The notes under the pieces were generated by a model. That model was not told the DNA's origin and did no database searches. It was given only the letters and a program-made list of their open reading frames with translations. Made by a program: the position numbers and the translations under genes. A stretch of 64,000 nt of DNA from Ruditapes philippinarum (lineage: Eukaryota). Of this stretch, positions 62,418-64,000 are shown piece by piece. The DNA lies in assembly GCF_026571515.1 (NCBI RefSeq), contig NW_026854483.1, forward strand, positions 1-64,000, in the 5' to 3' direction. Each line of letters begins with the position of its first letter. Within the stretch, counting starts at the first letter, position 1.

Positions 62418-63196
62418 CAGGTCTAGGATTTCATGATATTTATGGACTGTCAGTAAATTTATGGATAGTCTATAAATTTAAAGATTTTTCAGTCCATAAA
62501 TTCACAGACACTTGGGGTTTGGAGCTCAAAACGCCTTTAAAATCCAAATAAAATGCATATTTGTCAATCCCAGCACATGTACTGATCATATATATCAAAA
62601 AAACTTAATATAAGCCGTTTTGAAAAAAAATCATATTTCAACATCTATAATAATACGTGTATTATTATAGTTGTTGAAATATGATTTTGTTTCAAAACGG
62701 CATATATTAAGTTTTTTTGATATATATAATCAGTACATGTCCTGGGATTGACAAATATGCATTATATTTGGATTTTAAAGGCGTTTTGAGCTCCAAACCC
62801 CAAGTATCTGTGCATAAATTTACAGATCCTCAATGTTAAATTTGCTGTTTTTAGTTTTATACTAAAATCCGCAGCTTAAAACAAGTTGTTATATTGATTG
62901 CTTCTATTAACAAAGGTAGTGAGAAAAGTTTCATCTTTGTATGATGACTGGGTTTGAAATTTTTGTTAAAAGTGAAAATTGAAAGTCATCAAATTGTTCT
63001 GAATCTTATCATACTGTTACATTTAATCATATAATCAGTAAATTTATTCTTATTAAACTGCGGTTTTTAATTTTAATACAACTTATACTCTTTTCGCATT
63101 TAATGTCTATAAATTTACAGATAGAAAAATCTGTAAAATTATAGATGGTCCATAAATTTACAGACTGTCCGTAAATATCATGAAATCCTAGACCTG
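62418..63196. mobile_element. MITE with CAGG termini and 5-bp TSD, containing a near-perfect 310-bp palindrome
   Basis: TTCAA|CAGGTCTAGGATTTCATGATATTTA ... TAAATATCATGAAATCCTAGACCTG|TTCAA; internal palindrome 62503-62812. Confidence 0.85.
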
Positions 63197-63755
63197 TTCA
63201 ATGTCAATATGTAGTCCAACTAATTGTACTGCGCGACGAGATATTGTGTTATTTTCGTGTCTGGGCAATATCTCGCCTCTACATTAAAGCGAGATTCTGC
63301 CCCAAAACGAAAATATCTGAGAATCAAGCTTTGGCATGTCAATATATTTTGATTATGTCATTATGGAGGTAAGAATTTGACCAGCTAGGATAGAAAAAGA
63401 AAGTACTTGAATTTTAAGCCTTTTTGTGGTGGGAATGGATGCATAAATTATTCTATTCAATGTATATACATGTAATTGGTTTGGGCTAAAATGACTAATT
63501 TCTGAATCACATAAGTGGAGGGAATGATCTGTCACTTCTGTGTTTTTATGTTAAAATAGAATTTATTGGTGTAAAGGCATTTTCGGAAAATAATTTACCA
63601 CTTCTTTGTGCCTTAAGAATGGCACTTTTTCAAGGAATATGCTATTTTCATGTAGAATACCCCACCATTCACTGAAGATGGGACTTTTGGATTGTCTTAA
63701 GTATGCAGCTAAATGCTAATAAATATGCTGAAGTATTTGATTACAGAATTAAGCG

Positions 63756-63954
63756 ATGTCTGGCAAGAAATTGTTGAACACGGTTGAGAAGTGTGTTGAT
63801 GAGAATTTGGAGGGTCTTGTAACAATTAACCCTGGTTTGAGACTTATTAAGGATTCTAGGGTTGTAGTAAGAGCTGACATAGAAAGTGTGAAGACAGCTG
63901 GAAAAGTTGCTCTACTATGTGGGGGAGGATCTGGTCACGAGCCTGCACATGCTG
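63756..63954 (+). CDS. TKFC: triokinase/FMN cyclase (dihydroxyacetone kinase), first coding exon; gene continues beyond the window
   Basis: [40 protein letters not shown] is the DAK1-domain signature; phase-1 donor G|GTAAAT at 63955. Confidence 0.93.
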
Positions 63955-64000
63955 GTAAATACATCTATTTGTATACAAAGTTATAATAATATAAAATGAC

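Overview
AT-rich, intron-rich animal genomic DNA, most likely a bivalve mollusc (inferred from the SINE, Helentron-like and MITE families). Four spliced protein-coding genes can be assembled by hand. (1) A consortin-like gene (minus strand, 10 coding exons, 14234->3931, ~416 aa) that contains a U12-type minor intron. (2) A PLD3/4-type phospholipase D / 5' exonuclease (plus strand, 9 coding exons, 17217-25159, ~482 aa), head-to-head with the consortin-like gene. (3) nanos (minus strand): the CCHC zinc-finger exon at 36112-36956 appears to be joined to a 55-nt first coding exon at 61284-61338 carrying a NOT1-interacting-like motif, across a ~24.3 kb intron built largely from nested transposons. 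(4) The first coding exon of triokinase/FMN cyclase (TKFC/DAK) at the right edge, head-to-head with nanos. Mobile DNA includes a defective intron-containing hAT transposon with 5-bp TSDs plus two 5-bp-TSD non-autonomous elements, Kolobok-like and pogo remnants, a Mutator-like foldback shell, Harbinger/piggyBac/Sola/mariner-type MITEs, many satellite-bearing Helentron-like (HINE) elements and tRNA-derived SINEs. No prokaryotic-type system (CRISPR, operon) is present. I found no clearly new multi-gene system. The most notable signals are regulatory or architectural: the nanos TE-nest intron and overlapping uORF, inverted SINEs bracketing the PLD3 catalytic exon, the U12 intron and a tandemly amplified splice acceptor. 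All gene models are manual and need RNA-seq confirmation.
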